64,000 bases of DNA from an uncultured delta proteobacterium (GCA_963835605.1 CAWIHO010000062.1:5177-69176); one strand, 5' to 3'. Counted from the first letter of the stretch, positions 20,751 to 30,810 are shown. The notes: a model not told the origin generated them from the sequence alone. Made by a program: numbers and translations.

Positions 20751-21681
20751 TCTTCCGTTCCGCCGCTTTCAGCCGTTTTTCATATTCGAGAGGATGCTCC
20801 TCGAGCATCTCCTCTTTTGTGAGGAGGCCATTCCAGATCACCAGTGTTCCGGGGAATTTCGAGGGGTTCAGGTGGGCGTTATACATGTGCCATATAACGA
20901 TGGCAAGCGTCGCAAGCAGCGCCTCATCCCTGTGGGCTTCCTTCGCGATATCAAGCACCCACTTGGGAAGGAATCTCAGCGTGAGCCACTCAAGCCAGAG
21001 CAGAAGGCCGGAGCCTATCATGACGACAACGCCCCAATAGACGGCCCAGTAGTCGAATTTCTCAATGTAGCTGTAGCGGTCGAATTTTGCCTTCTCGTTG
21101 GTGAGTCGAAGAAAGTACCTGATATTCTGGATTATATCCGTCAGGTCCCTGGGCTTCGGAAGGAGTTCCCAGAACTCCCTTCTTCCTTCCCTGGTCAGTA
21201 GAAGCCACCCCATATGCCACACACAGACGGTCATCAGGCCACCCGCTGCAAGTCTGTGAAGGAATGTAGAGTTCTGTATGCCGCCAAGCAGGAAGATGAT
21301 GAACTTGAATATGACGGAATCGTGAAACCTCAACGGAAGGCCGGATACGATGAGGAGAAAGGTGCTCACCGCCAGGAGAAAATGCTGCGCCCTGATGTTG
21401 ACGCCGAACCGGTAGAGGAGCTCGCCCCCGGCAATTGCTTTTTTTATATCTTTCTTTTTCTCGCGGAGGATTTCCTCGTAGAGCTCTGTTCTCAGCTCCT
21501 CGAATCTGAGTTTGATACGCTCGCCAATCTCTTCCCTGATTCTCTCCTTGACGCGTGCCGACTCCTCCGGTGTGAGCAAGACACCTGATTCCCTTTGCAG
21601 TTCCTCTACAAGTTCCTCGTGGAGCCGCTCCAGGGCCTGCACGCGCCATTCCTTGTTGTCGTTCTTTTCTGCCACCCTCAA
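20737..21681 (-). CDS. b-type cytochrome (FdnI/HydC, Ni_hydr_CYTB-like) with a ~88-aa charged N-terminal extension
   Basis: The C-terminal 225 aa are a paralogue of ORF 22931-23611 (EKFDYWAVYWGVVV vs [14 protein letters not shown]; HPLEYEKRL vs HPLEYERRF). It overlaps its neighbours by 4 and 14 nt. Confidence 0.8.
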   Translation of the reverse strand: MRVAEKNDNKEWRVQALERLHEELVEELQRESGVLLTPEESARVKERIREEIGERIKLRFEELRTELYEEILREKKKDIKKAIAGGELLYRFGVNIRAQHFLLAVSTFLLIVSGLPLRFHDSVIFKFIIFLLGGIQNSTFLHRLAAGGLMTVCVWHMGWLLLTREGRREFWELLPKPRDLTDIIQNIRYFLRLTNEKAKFDRYSYIEKFDYWAVYWGVVVMIGSGLLLWLEWLTLRFLPKWVLDIAKEAHRDEALLATLAIVIWHMYNAHLNPSKFPGTLVIWNGLLTKEEMLEEHPLEYEKRLKAAERKIGDR

Positions 21682-22739
21682 GCCCCTCTCTTCCGCCGTT
21701 CCTGAACCTTTCTCAGAAAATCAAGGAAGATGTGTATAAACAGAACAATCAGTACGGTTATGGTGAGCCATTTGAAACCGAGGGCTACCCAGTAAATGAT
21801 TCCCGACTCCTTGCTCTTCGGGTTCACGTGGACCTTTCCCTTGCCGAAATTGGCAGTGGCGCCCGGGTGACATTTGGGCTGCCCGCAGGTTGCCGCAAGA
21901 TGCACCGGGTTGATGGAGGACGCCGGATTGTCTCTTGCCAGGATGAGATGGTATCCATGGCAACTGGCACAGTGGGCGATATTCTTTTCACCGAATTTTG
22001 TCGCCACGCCATGGAAGCTCTCGTAGTATGATTCGACCTCTTCCGTGTTCTTGCCGTATTGATTCATCATGCTAAAATCACCGTGACACTTGATGCACAT
22101 TTCGACGATGTTTGTCGCATAGACGGTCGAGCCGGGATCGGCAGCTCGCCTGATGCCGTGCTCGGTGTGGCAGTTCGTGCAGACCGGCAGATTCAGATCG
22201 CCTTTGTGGGCAGCCGGACCATGCACGCTCGCCTTCCAATCGGCAAGCTCCTTCGTATGGCACTTGCCGCACATCTGCTCAGGGATATTCAGTTTATAGC
22301 CGCGGGAATGGATATCCGTCCTGCTCAAGATATCGTGCGTGCCGTGGCAAGAGGCACAGTCGGGTGCCTTCATGTTGCCCTTTTGCCGCTCCTTAGCATG
22401 CACGCTGTCCCGGTAAAGCAGGTACTCTATGGCAGGCCCCTGGCCAAATGTCCTGCCCCGGTAATGGCAGGCCCCGCAGTCGACCTGCTTCAGCCTTTTC
22501 CCGTGCGGCAGTTCCATCGTATCCAGGTGGCAATCGACGCAGGAGAGTTTCCCGTGGGCTGAGTTCCGAAAGACAGTCTCATCGACATGCAAAGACCGCT
22601 CTTTCCCGGAAGCGTCTTTCGCCCTGAACTCTTTTTTGCCGTGGCAGAGCAAGCAGCGCTGCTCCTGCGCGTGGGCGACAAACGGGATCGCCGATAACAG
22701 GAACGCACCGACTACGAGTGCGGTGACATACCAAGTCAC
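21678..22739 (-). CDS. Multihaem cytochrome c (8 CXXCH plus 1 CX4CH) with a C-terminal TM anchor
   Basis: 353 aa. Signal peptide, repeated S.HG...C..CHG.H units, CGQPKCH, and a C-terminal helix IIYWVALGFKWLTITVLIVLFIHIF. Confidence 0.85.
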   Translation of the reverse strand: MTWYVTALVVGAFLLSAIPFVAHAQEQRCLLCHGKKEFRAKDASGKERSLHVDETVFRNSAHGKLSCVDCHLDTMELPHGKRLKQVDCGACHYRGRTFGQGPAIEYLLYRDSVHAKERQKGNMKAPDCASCHGTHDILSRTDIHSRGYKLNIPEQMCGKCHTKELADWKASVHGPAAHKGDLNLPVCTNCHTEHGIRRAADPGSTVYATNIVEMCIKCHGDFSMMNQYGKNTEEVESYYESFHGVATKFGEKNIAHCASCHGYHLILARDNPASSINPVHLAATCGQPKCHPGATANFGKGKVHVNPKSKESGIIYWVALGFKWLTITVLIVLFIHIFLDFLRKVQERRKRGA

Positions 22740-22740
22740 A

Positions 22741-22930
22741 TTCCTTAGAGAGACCGAGGCGGCGAGGAGGAAGCGACGCAGGCGTATTAGTGATGAGTTC
22801 AGGCTTATGCCAGCTCGCAGTCAAGATGGAGACCGAGGCGGCAGCGAGGAGCCTAGGCAGGCGTACTAGGTGTACGCCGACGACGGCGACGCAGCGACAA
22901 CGAAGGTATACGCTTGAATGCGAGTTGGTA
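22741..22930 (-). repeat. Dispersed intergenic repeat, family 1, copy D (reverse orientation, internally duplicated)
   Basis: Its reverse complement contains TTCAAGCGTATACCTTCGTTGTCGCTGCGTCGC, which is identical to copy C, plus GGCTCCTCGCTGCCGCC and CATCTTGA. Confidence 0.8.
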
Positions 22931-23611
22931 TTAGTCATGGCCGAAACGCCTCTCATACTCCAGCGGATGGTCACGCTTTAATTCCTCTTTAGAGATTTTC
23001 CCCGTGAGCCATACCTTGCTCATGGGAAAGACGCGTGGGTTCAGATGGACATTGTAGAGGTGCCACACCACGAGCACGAGAAAGCCAACCGTAGCCTCAA
23101 ATGAATGAATGATATGGTTCAGGTCGATGGCCCATTTGGGGAATACCATCATGAAGAGTGTCTCACCCCAGAGCACCACACCGCTTGCGCTGAGCAAGAC
23201 GACTGCGATCCCTACCGCCCAGTACTGGAACTTTTCTATGCAAGTGAAACGGTCAAAAGCAGGCATCTCTTTCCGGAGCCCGAGATTGTACTTGAAGATA
23301 CCAACAAAGCCGTTCAGGTCCCTTTTGTCGAAGATCATGTCGTGGAAAAATGCGTGTGCTCGCCTCGAAAAGATGATAGAGAGGATGTGATAGGCAAAGG
23401 TCGCCATAAGAATCGAAGCGGCGAATCTATGGATCTTGCCCCTGAAGAGCACTCCTCCCTCCATTCCGATGATCCACTGGGCAAACGCCGATTCATGGTA
23501 TTTGAGCGTAAGGCCGGTTATGCTCAGTATTATGAGGGAGGAGAACAAGAGGATATGCGTAATCCTCTCCGAGACAGTAAAACGCTGGACGTATTCACCA
23601 TCGTTAGTCAT
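22931..23611 (-). CDS. b-type cytochrome (FdnI/HydC, Ni_hydr_CYTB-like)
   Basis: 226 aa, 4-5 TM helices. It overlaps the upstream multihaem gene by 8 nt. Confidence 0.85.
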   Translation of the reverse strand: MTNDGEYVQRFTVSERITHILLFSSLIILSITGLTLKYHESAFAQWIIGMEGGVLFRGKIHRFAASILMATFAYHILSIIFSRRAHAFFHDMIFDKRDLNGFVGIFKYNLGLRKEMPAFDRFTCIEKFQYWAVGIAVVLLSASGVVLWGETLFMMVFPKWAIDLNHIIHSFEATVGFLVLVVWHLYNVHLNPRVFPMSKVWLTGKISKEELKRDHPLEYERRFGHD

Positions 23612-24905
23612 TTCGCTTTCCCCTTCTCTTTACCCTGCCATACACGTCAAGCACGATGTATCCTACGAAAAGCAGCATAAGAAGACCGATGAACCAGGTG
23701 TAGAAATTGCGCACGTAGTACATGCCGAGGGAACTCCCCTTTGTTGCTTCTACGTGTACCTTCCCGATGGAGACTACGTTCTTCATGGTTGGATGGCATT
23801 TGCCGCACGTTCTCGGCAGGTTCTGCTCGTTTATGCTCGATTCCGGGTCCGTAGCAGGCAGTATGCGATGCGTCTCGTGACAGCTTGTGCAGTTCGCGGC
23901 CGTGACGTTTCCGTACTTCATAGCTACGCCGTGGAAGCTCCCGACATAGCTGGAGTACCGGTCCGAGGGTAGCCTATACTTCCTGATAATCTCCTGGTTC
24001 TCATGGCACTTCGCGCACGTGGTGGGAATATTCTTCGCATAGACGCGCGCTTGGGGATCGTTCACGAGAGTGAGCGTATGCTCACCATGGCAATCCGTGC
24101 AGGTGGGGCTCTCCATCTTACCTTCTTTCAGCGCCTTCCCGTGAATACTGACCTTGTATTCATTGTAGATCTGCACGTGGCACCGGCCGCACACCTCCCC
24201 CATATTGACCCTGTTGGTGCTTGAATCAGGATCTTTCGGACCCAAGATCAGGTGCGCACGGTGACAATCACTACAGACAGCCGCCCGGAGAGCCTTTCCT
24301 TCCTTGAGGAACCGACCGTGGACGCTGTTCTCGTAGGCCTTGACCATACCTGAAGGTAGGTTATGCTTTTTCTGCACCTCGACGTCCGTATGACATCTCG
24401 CGCAGAGCATTACCTGGTTCGCCCGGTTGACCGGGGAACGCTGGTCCGAGATACGAAGAATACGGTGGTTGCCGTGACACGAGGTGCAGGAGGGGGCATC
24501 CTTGTCGGCGCGCTTCAGGGCCACACCGTGAATGCCTCTTCCGAACTGGAGGGACGCCTCCTGGTGACACCGAGCGCAGTCGACCCGCTCAAGTGCTTTT
24601 TTGTGCGGCAGGGTCGAGATGTCCGTATGACATTCCAAGCACCCCAACGATTTGTGGACAGAATCGTTCAGTTCCTGCCTACTAAAATGGACTACTTCTT
24701 TTTTACCCTCTTTCGTTTCCCTGTTAGCAGGTTTTTCGTGACAGGAAATACAGGCAGAATCCTTGACTGCCGCCAGAAGCGGCCCGGCGAAGAGAATGAG
24801 AACCAGACATAGCACCGGAGCGAGCAGCACGGGGAGCCTTCTCACATCTACGTTTCCATGCGACGACATCGTTCTCTCCAGGCAGGGAGGCTTGCGCTCA
24901 GGCAA
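23604..24905 (-). CDS. 11-haem cytochrome c with a C-terminal TM anchor
   Basis: 433 aa. 11 CXXCH motifs counted. C-terminal helix [22 protein letters not shown]. Paralogue of ORF 21678-22739. The start is ambiguous (24905 or 24869). Confidence 0.85.
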   Translation of the reverse strand: MPERKPPCLERTMSSHGNVDVRRLPVLLAPVLCLVLILFAGPLLAAVKDSACISCHEKPANRETKEGKKEVVHFSRQELNDSVHKSLGCLECHTDISTLPHKKALERVDCARCHQEASLQFGRGIHGVALKRADKDAPSCTSCHGNHRILRISDQRSPVNRANQVMLCARCHTDVEVQKKHNLPSGMVKAYENSVHGRFLKEGKALRAAVCSDCHRAHLILGPKDPDSSTNRVNMGEVCGRCHVQIYNEYKVSIHGKALKEGKMESPTCTDCHGEHTLTLVNDPQARVYAKNIPTTCAKCHENQEIIRKYRLPSDRYSSYVGSFHGVAMKYGNVTAANCTSCHETHRILPATDPESSINEQNLPRTCGKCHPTMKNVVSIGKVHVEATKGSSLGMYYVRNFYTWFIGLLMLLFVGYIVLDVYGRVKRRGKRND

Positions 24906-25063
24906 ATCTCACCATTTTTACCAACCCCTAATCTCTACCAACAACTGAAAAACCAGGATAACCCTGGCTTGCTCTCCGGCAAACCGGTTCCTCCTGGCGA
25001 ACAAGTCTATAGTAGGCTCGGCTCAGTTGTCAATTATTTATTGCCCCGTCAACCAATAAGATA

Positions 25064-25724
25064 TTACGATTCCGCCCCGGAATCTTCTGGCTCTTTTTCT
25101 TCCGCTCTCTCCTCCTCTTCTTCCTCGTAGCCGAGAATCATGGCTTTAGTGTGAGCAAGGGTGGTGTGGCCCAGGCTCGCCATGTAAAGATGAACCATCA
25201 CGTACAGGACAAAGACGTAGGCGACCACAACGTGCAGAGCGTCAAGAATCCTCAGCCCGCCAATGGCGTTAATATATGGCACAAAGTAGAGGATGTCACT
25301 GAAGAGTATGCCCGTAATCAGGATGATCGGCGTGAAGAGAACCATCACGGTAAAGTAGGCCACTTTCTGCATGGGGTTGAATTTGTTGTCAGGGGAGGGC
25401 TTGAAGGGATTCGTTGCGCCCCGAAAGACGCCGTATCCGTAGAAAATGGACCTGGCTCACCATCCCCCTGATATCTCGGGCTCGCATAAGGTAATGCTTG
25501 CGGAGCGAGCCGCTACCCAGGACATAGCAGAGCCAAAAAACGAAGGACCCGGCCATGCAGAAGCCCGCGTATTTGTGCAGCCAGACCGTCTGGCTATAAT
25601 GCGCAAAAACCGTAACATCCGGAACCCTGAGCTGAATGCCCGTAATGATGAGAACGAATATCAGAAACGCGTTTATCCAATGCCACACGCGTATCGGCAA
25701 TGTATAGAGTCTGACCCTGGTCAT
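25064..25724 (-). pseudogene. b-type cytochrome (PhsC/CbcB-like), split by a frameshift at a homopolymer as assembled
   Basis: - ORFs 25389-25823 and 25064-25372 are the two halves of one protein.
- Removing one T from the minus-strand run CATTTTCTAC (plus-strand AAAA 25443-25446) gives ...[35 protein letters not shown]...
- ATG 25724 overlaps the upstream stop (ATGA). Confidence 0.75.
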
Positions 25725-27403
25725 CTTCTCGTCACCATCCTCAGAATGGCATGCAACACCACAAAACAGAAGTACGAGGATCGCGAGCGTGACCCCAACA
25801 AAGTCAATCCATTTAAGCCCCAACTCCCGCAGTAAAGGCGGACCGCGTCCCCGCCTCCCATTCTGAAAAGCCTCCGAATGTCCTCATGGCGTATCTTCTC
25901 TTCTCCCAGAAGGGTCAAGTCTGTGGCAAGCGCTATGGGCAGGGCGGAAAGAGTTGTGTCCTTGACCGGGATGTAAAGCAGCCCCTCTTTTTCCGGCACA
26001 ACGAGAAACATCGAAGCATAGAAGGGTGCATCCTTCGAATGGCATGCGGTACATTCCTTCTCATGGTGCCGCGTAATGGTAAAGTTGTGGTACACCTTGG
26101 TAACCAGGATTGAGCCGTCAAGATAGAGCTCCTTCCCAAGCTTCTCGCGCAGCTGGAGGAAGAAATCAGCGAGCTCCTCAGAGGAAACGACATGGTCACC
26201 ATTCCTGTCAAGAAGCTGGCTAACCTCTGAGTCTGGAGGGAGGAGCCGCTGCATGTCGCCGTACGTCAAATCGAATTCCCCGTGCGATGTCCTGCGCCCA
26301 AACGTGAAGAGCATGCTCTTCTGTGATTCCGGGCTGTGACACGTGGTACATTCAAGGTAGTGGAAATGGAGGGCAGTATTCGGAAGCCATGTGTGACTGC
26401 TGATATAATCCTTGTGGCAGCGGGCGCAAATGGCAACGCGCTCTTGCGCGTTCAGGTCTCTGTACGATTTTATGCGGTGCGGGTTATGGCAGTCGGTACA
26501 GTGGGCAGCGTTCTTTTCGCCATGGGGAGAGTACTTATAAAGGTTAAAGATCTCTTTGTGACAGTTGATGCAGACACTATCGCTGATCTTCTCGGTTGAT
26601 ACATGGCAATCCGCGCAGAGCACTCCTCTCTTGCCGTGCACGGTCTCCTTGTAGCGGGCGATCGGGGGAGTTTCTTCCAGAAAGAGTTTGGGATCAGCAG
26701 GGATGTCATAAGTGGTCGAACCGATGCTCTTCAGGCGTGCCTTCCCTAAACGCTTTCTGTCGATGTGGCAATCAGCACAGGGAGCGGGCCGACCCGTGAC
26801 ACCATGCACGTCAGCCTTGACTATGAACCTCTTGTTTATTTTGAACTTACCTTTGTAGTCCTGCTCAAGAAACGCCTCAATAAAGCTCCATTCCTTCGCA
26901 TCGATAATCCCATTCCCATCCCTATCAACCACAAGCTTGTTGACCGGCTTGTTTCCCGAAACGGTTACGTCCACTTCAATTTCACTGGATGTAACGGAGG
27001 AGTGGCAGGCAACACATCGCAGCCGTGTCAAATGTATGCCTTTCACGGGAAGAGATTTGTGCGGGACGTCCGCATGACACGAAGCGCAGTATTTCTTCTC
27101 CTTGTTTACATAGTGCACAGCGTGACACTCTTTGCACTGCATTTCTTGCTTGCCGTGAATGCTGTTGCTGAAGGCCGTTTGAACCGTCTCGTGACATTCT
27201 CCGCACGCAGGCTTTTTCAGCTTTTCCTTGTGAGGAAGTTCAGTTATGTCCGCATGACAGTCCGTACAGGAAACGGAACCGTGCACGAAGGCTTTATAGT
27301 CCTCGTGGCAGTCCAGACAGTCCTCGACCTTGAGCGCGCCCATTGCGGGCGACGCAAGCAGGAGAAGACCAAGAATAAGATACGTGCCAATTATCGGTAT
27401 CAT
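25721..27403 (-). CDS. 13-haem cytochrome c with two EF-hand-like loops
   Basis: 560 aa. Signal/anchor MIPIIGTYLILGLLLLASPAMG. 13 CXXCH motifs counted. DRDGNGIIDAKE at residues 160-171 and DRNGDHVVSSEE at residues 399-410, both in haem-free inserts. Confidence 0.85.
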   Translation of the reverse strand: MIPIIGTYLILGLLLLASPAMGALKVEDCLDCHEDYKAFVHGSVSCTDCHADITELPHKEKLKKPACGECHETVQTAFSNSIHGKQEMQCKECHAVHYVNKEKKYCASCHADVPHKSLPVKGIHLTRLRCVACHSSVTSSEIEVDVTVSGNKPVNKLVVDRDGNGIIDAKEWSFIEAFLEQDYKGKFKINKRFIVKADVHGVTGRPAPCADCHIDRKRLGKARLKSIGSTTYDIPADPKLFLEETPPIARYKETVHGKRGVLCADCHVSTEKISDSVCINCHKEIFNLYKYSPHGEKNAAHCTDCHNPHRIKSYRDLNAQERVAICARCHKDYISSHTWLPNTALHFHYLECTTCHSPESQKSMLFTFGRRTSHGEFDLTYGDMQRLLPPDSEVSQLLDRNGDHVVSSEELADFFLQLREKLGKELYLDGSILVTKVYHNFTITRHHEKECTACHSKDAPFYASMFLVVPEKEGLLYIPVKDTTLSALPIALATDLTLLGEEKIRHEDIRRLFRMGGGDAVRLYCGSWGLNGLTLLGSRSRSSYFCFVVLHAILRMVTRR

Positions 27404-27440
27404 ACCGGACAGTGATTGTACCAGAAAATCACATGCACGG

Positions 27441-29564
27441 CTAGACTATTTTTTTTGTTCTCCGAGCAACCGCAGCATCTCCGCCGGATCTGTCGTAGGT
27501 AGCTGGCAGGAATAATTTGAGCAGACATAGGCTGTTGCCCTGCCCCCCAGAGCAGTATAGGTTTCTGTGTACGGCGCAAGCTGGGCTAATCTCGGGCACT
27601 TGTTCATCCACCGGTTTTAGAATAACCACTTTGTTCGGTATGAACCGAGCCCTCAGTGCTCTCACAAATCGGCTGGTATCGTCTGCCCGCGGATTGCCCA
27701 CAATCACAACCTCATTTGACGGACCGATACTGAAATCGACTCCGACCAACAGCTGGGTGAAAGCTGCCGGGAAAAGCTCCACTTTGCGGGAAAAGGCTTT
27801 AGCGATCTGGGCACCCTTTTCCTCGAGGTCCGTATTCCCTGTAAGACGGCCTAAGCGCAAGAGATTGAGCATCGAGACAGAATTGCCCGACGGGATCGCC
27901 CCATCGTATATCTCTTTTTTGCGCACAAGCAGCGCTTCTCCGTCGTCTGGCGTGAAGAAGAAGGCGCCCTGTTCGGGATCCCAGAAATGCGTGATAAGAT
28001 CATCGGTGAGGCCCAACGCATGGCGAAGGTAGGCCACGTCGAACGTGAGCTCATGGAGTTCGAGCAATGCCCAAATCACGAAAGCGTAATCGTCCAGATT
28101 GCCTTGTATCGATGCCTCACCGTCCCGAAACCGATGGAGGAGGCGCCCATGCTCATCGCGCATTCTCTGCAATGCGAAATCCATAGCCCTCACAGCTGCA
28201 TCGGCGTGGGCTGGCTCACTAAACACCTGGGCTCCTTTCGCTAAAGCCGCAATCATGAGTCCGTTCCAGTCAGTCAGCACCTTGTCATCCTTCAGAGGAT
28301 GAATCCGCATCCGTCGGGCCTCGAAAAGCTTTACACGTGCTCCCTCCACGCGGGCTGTCAATTCATCGGGTGCCAGTCCGAGAGTGGGTGCCAGCTCCTC
28401 GAGAGATTGTTTCAAGTGAAGGATGTTGCCGCCACCCTTGCGGCCGCTTGCTTCTTCATTGAAGTTGCCTGCAGACTCAGTATTATAGACCTTGGCTACG
28501 AGTTGCGCATCTTCTCTCCCCAGCACCTGCTCCAGCTCCGACTCAGCCCAAAGGTAGAATTTTCCCTCCTCTCCTTCACTGTCCGCATCTTCGGCCGAAA
28601 AGAAACCGCCCTCTTCTGACCTCATGTCCCGGAGAACATACGTAAAGATCTCGCGGGCAGTCTTTGCATATTCTGCCTTGGCGGTCAGTTGGTAGGCTTC
28701 CGTATAGGCTAAGGCAAGCATGGCCTGGTCATAAAGCATCTTCTCGAAGTGGGGCACCATCCACATCGGGTCGGTGGCATAGCGATGGAAACCGAACCCC
28801 ACGTGATCATAGATGCCGCCAAGGCGCATCTCTTGAAGCGTTTTTTCGACCATCTCCACAGCTTGCCGCTCTCCGGTGCGCTTCGCGTACCTCAAAAGAA
28901 AGAGAAAATTATGGGGCGAAGGGAATTTGGGTGCGCTCCCGAAACCGCCGTACCTGCGGTCGAAATGCTGAGCAAGACCCTCATAAGCAGCACGCAACAC
29001 AGGCTCGCCGAGCGCGCCACCGGTCTCTAAGGCAGCGGCTTCCTTTAATCGGGCAGCGATCTTCTCGGAGGAGCTCAGAAGCTCAACCCTTCTTGTCTGC
29101 CATAAATTTGCCACCTGCGGTATCAGTTCCATGAGTCCGGGCCTGCCAAGCCTGCCCCTTTTGGGGATATAGGTTGCCGCAAAAAAGGGCATGCGGTCCG
29201 GCGTCATCATAATCGTGAGTGGCCAGCCGCCGCTCCCGGTCAACATCTGGCAGACGCCCATGTAGATCGCGTCTATGTCCGGTCTTTCCTCTCGGTCGAC
29301 CTTTATGGCAACAAAGGTCTCATTCAGAAGGCTTGCCGCTTCCTGATCCTCAAAGGATTCACGCTCCATCACGTGACACCAGTGACAGGTCGAATAGCCT
29401 ATGGAAAGAAAAATCGGCTTCTCTTCTCTGCGGGCTCTCTCAAACGCCTCATCGCCCCAGGGATACCAGTCAACCGGGTTTGTCGCGTGCTGCAATAAAT
29501 AGGGACTCTTTTCCTCGATGAGGCGGTTATATTTCTTCTTGCTTCCCTGCAGACTCTCCGCCAT
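27441..29564 (-). pseudogene. Thioredoxin-domain protein of the YyaL/DUF255 family, frameshift near the 3' end as assembled
   Basis: Contains [13 protein letters not shown] and [12 protein letters not shown] different frame over the last ~50 codons gives the family-typical ...[47 protein letters not shown]. The start at 29564 has AAGGAGA upstream. Confidence 0.8.
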
Positions 29565-29706
29565 CCTGGTTCTCCTTGGCTTCAAGATATATCGTGCTTA
29601 AATATAAGAACGATCACGGCCTGGATAAACTGGTCCATCTGCTTTCTTTGGTTTTTCTGGTTTCTAGACCCTTGACCCCTGTTTTCCACGTAATGTACAC
29701 TTAAGC

Positions 29707-30693
29707 ATGGGCCTGCAACCGGAAATTCTCGACGGTTACGAACCCGCTTCTGTGGAGCGGGCAGTCGCTCTGCTCAGAGCAGGAGATGTGGTCGCGTTTC
29801 CGACGGAGACTGTTTACGGGCTTGGGGCCGATGCTCTCAACAGGATCGGCGTTGCAAAAATCTTTGAGATGAAAAAAAGGCCTCGCTTCGACCCCTTGAT
29901 CATACATATCGGCCAAAAGGAATGGCTACCCTCTTTCACAAGAGACGTGCCTCCACAAGCTCAGATGCTCATCGACAGGTTCTGGCCCGGGCCCTTGACA
30001 ATTATTCTAGAAAAGCAGCCCATCATACCGGACATCGTGACCGCAGGTCTCCAAACCGTAGCAGTGAGAATGCCTTCCCATCCGGTCGCACTGAGTCTTA
30101 TAAATGCGCTCGGAAGGCCCGTAGCAGCCCCAAGCGCAAACCCATTCGGATACATGAGCGCCACCAGAGCAGACCATGTGGCTCGAATGTTTGAGAACAA
30201 ACTTTCGCTCGTCCTCGACGGTGGGCCGTCTACCTTTGGCCTTGAGTCCACAATTGTGGCCATAAAAGACCATCAGATATTTCTGCGCAGATATGGGGCG
30301 GTGAGCCTTGAAGAGCTACAGGACCTGATAGGTGACGTACACAAAGAGGCCAAGGATGGCACTATCGACTCCCCAGGACAATTACCTTACCACTATGCTC
30401 CTCACAGGCCTCTCGCAATCATCAAGACACTTGACGAGGCCAGGGCTTCAGCTTCATCTTTGTTACTGTTTCGGACTCCTTCGAAGATCCCTGTCTCGAA
30501 GTATACAAGAACCCTTTCTCCCGCCGGCGACTTGCTGGAAGCAGCTGCAAACTTCTTTTCGTATCTAATAGAATTGGACCGAGAAGATGTTGATATCATT
30601 TACGCAGAACAGATACCGGAGACCGGTCTGGGCAAGGCCATGATGGAACGTCTGAGAAAGGCAGCAAGGAAAAGCCTGCGGATGAGGCATTGA
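29707..30693 (+). CDS. L-threonylcarbamoyladenylate synthase, long Sua5 form (YrdC plus Sua5 domains)
   Basis: 328 aa. Contains AFPTETVYGLGADA and SANPFGYMS. Confidence 0.9.
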   Translation: MGLQPEILDGYEPASVERAVALLRAGDVVAFPTETVYGLGADALNRIGVAKIFEMKKRPRFDPLIIHIGQKEWLPSFTRDVPPQAQMLIDRFWPGPLTIILEKQPIIPDIVTAGLQTVAVRMPSHPVALSLINALGRPVAAPSANPFGYMSATRADHVARMFENKLSLVLDGGPSTFGLESTIVAIKDHQIFLRRYGAVSLEELQDLIGDVHKEAKDGTIDSPGQLPYHYAPHRPLAIIKTLDEARASASSLLLFRTPSKIPVSKYTRTLSPAGDLLEAAANFFSYLIELDREDVDIIYAEQIPETGLGKAMMERLRKAARKSLRMRH

Positions 30694-30810
30694 TAACGTA
30701 ACGAATCCTGTGGTAAGTTACGTAACGTGGCACAGGAGCAATTCAGATATTCAGCCTTTTGAATAGTAGGCGAAACTATTAGGTTTTCTCATGGGTACAT
30801 AGGAATAGAA

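Noticed and set aside
22579-22981. ORFs 22579-22974 (-), 22636-22869 (+) and 22790-22981 (+) between two cytochrome modules.
   Set aside because: They are read through repeat copy D. Equivalent pseudo-ORFs appear at the other repeat copies, so the repeat sequence generates them.
30693-30745. Palindrome GTTACGTAAC (30717-30726) nested in a CCTGTG...CACAGG hairpin after the sua5 stop.
   Set aside because: It may be a weak terminator or a binding site, but it is a single occurrence with no U-tract and no second copy. That is not enough to call.
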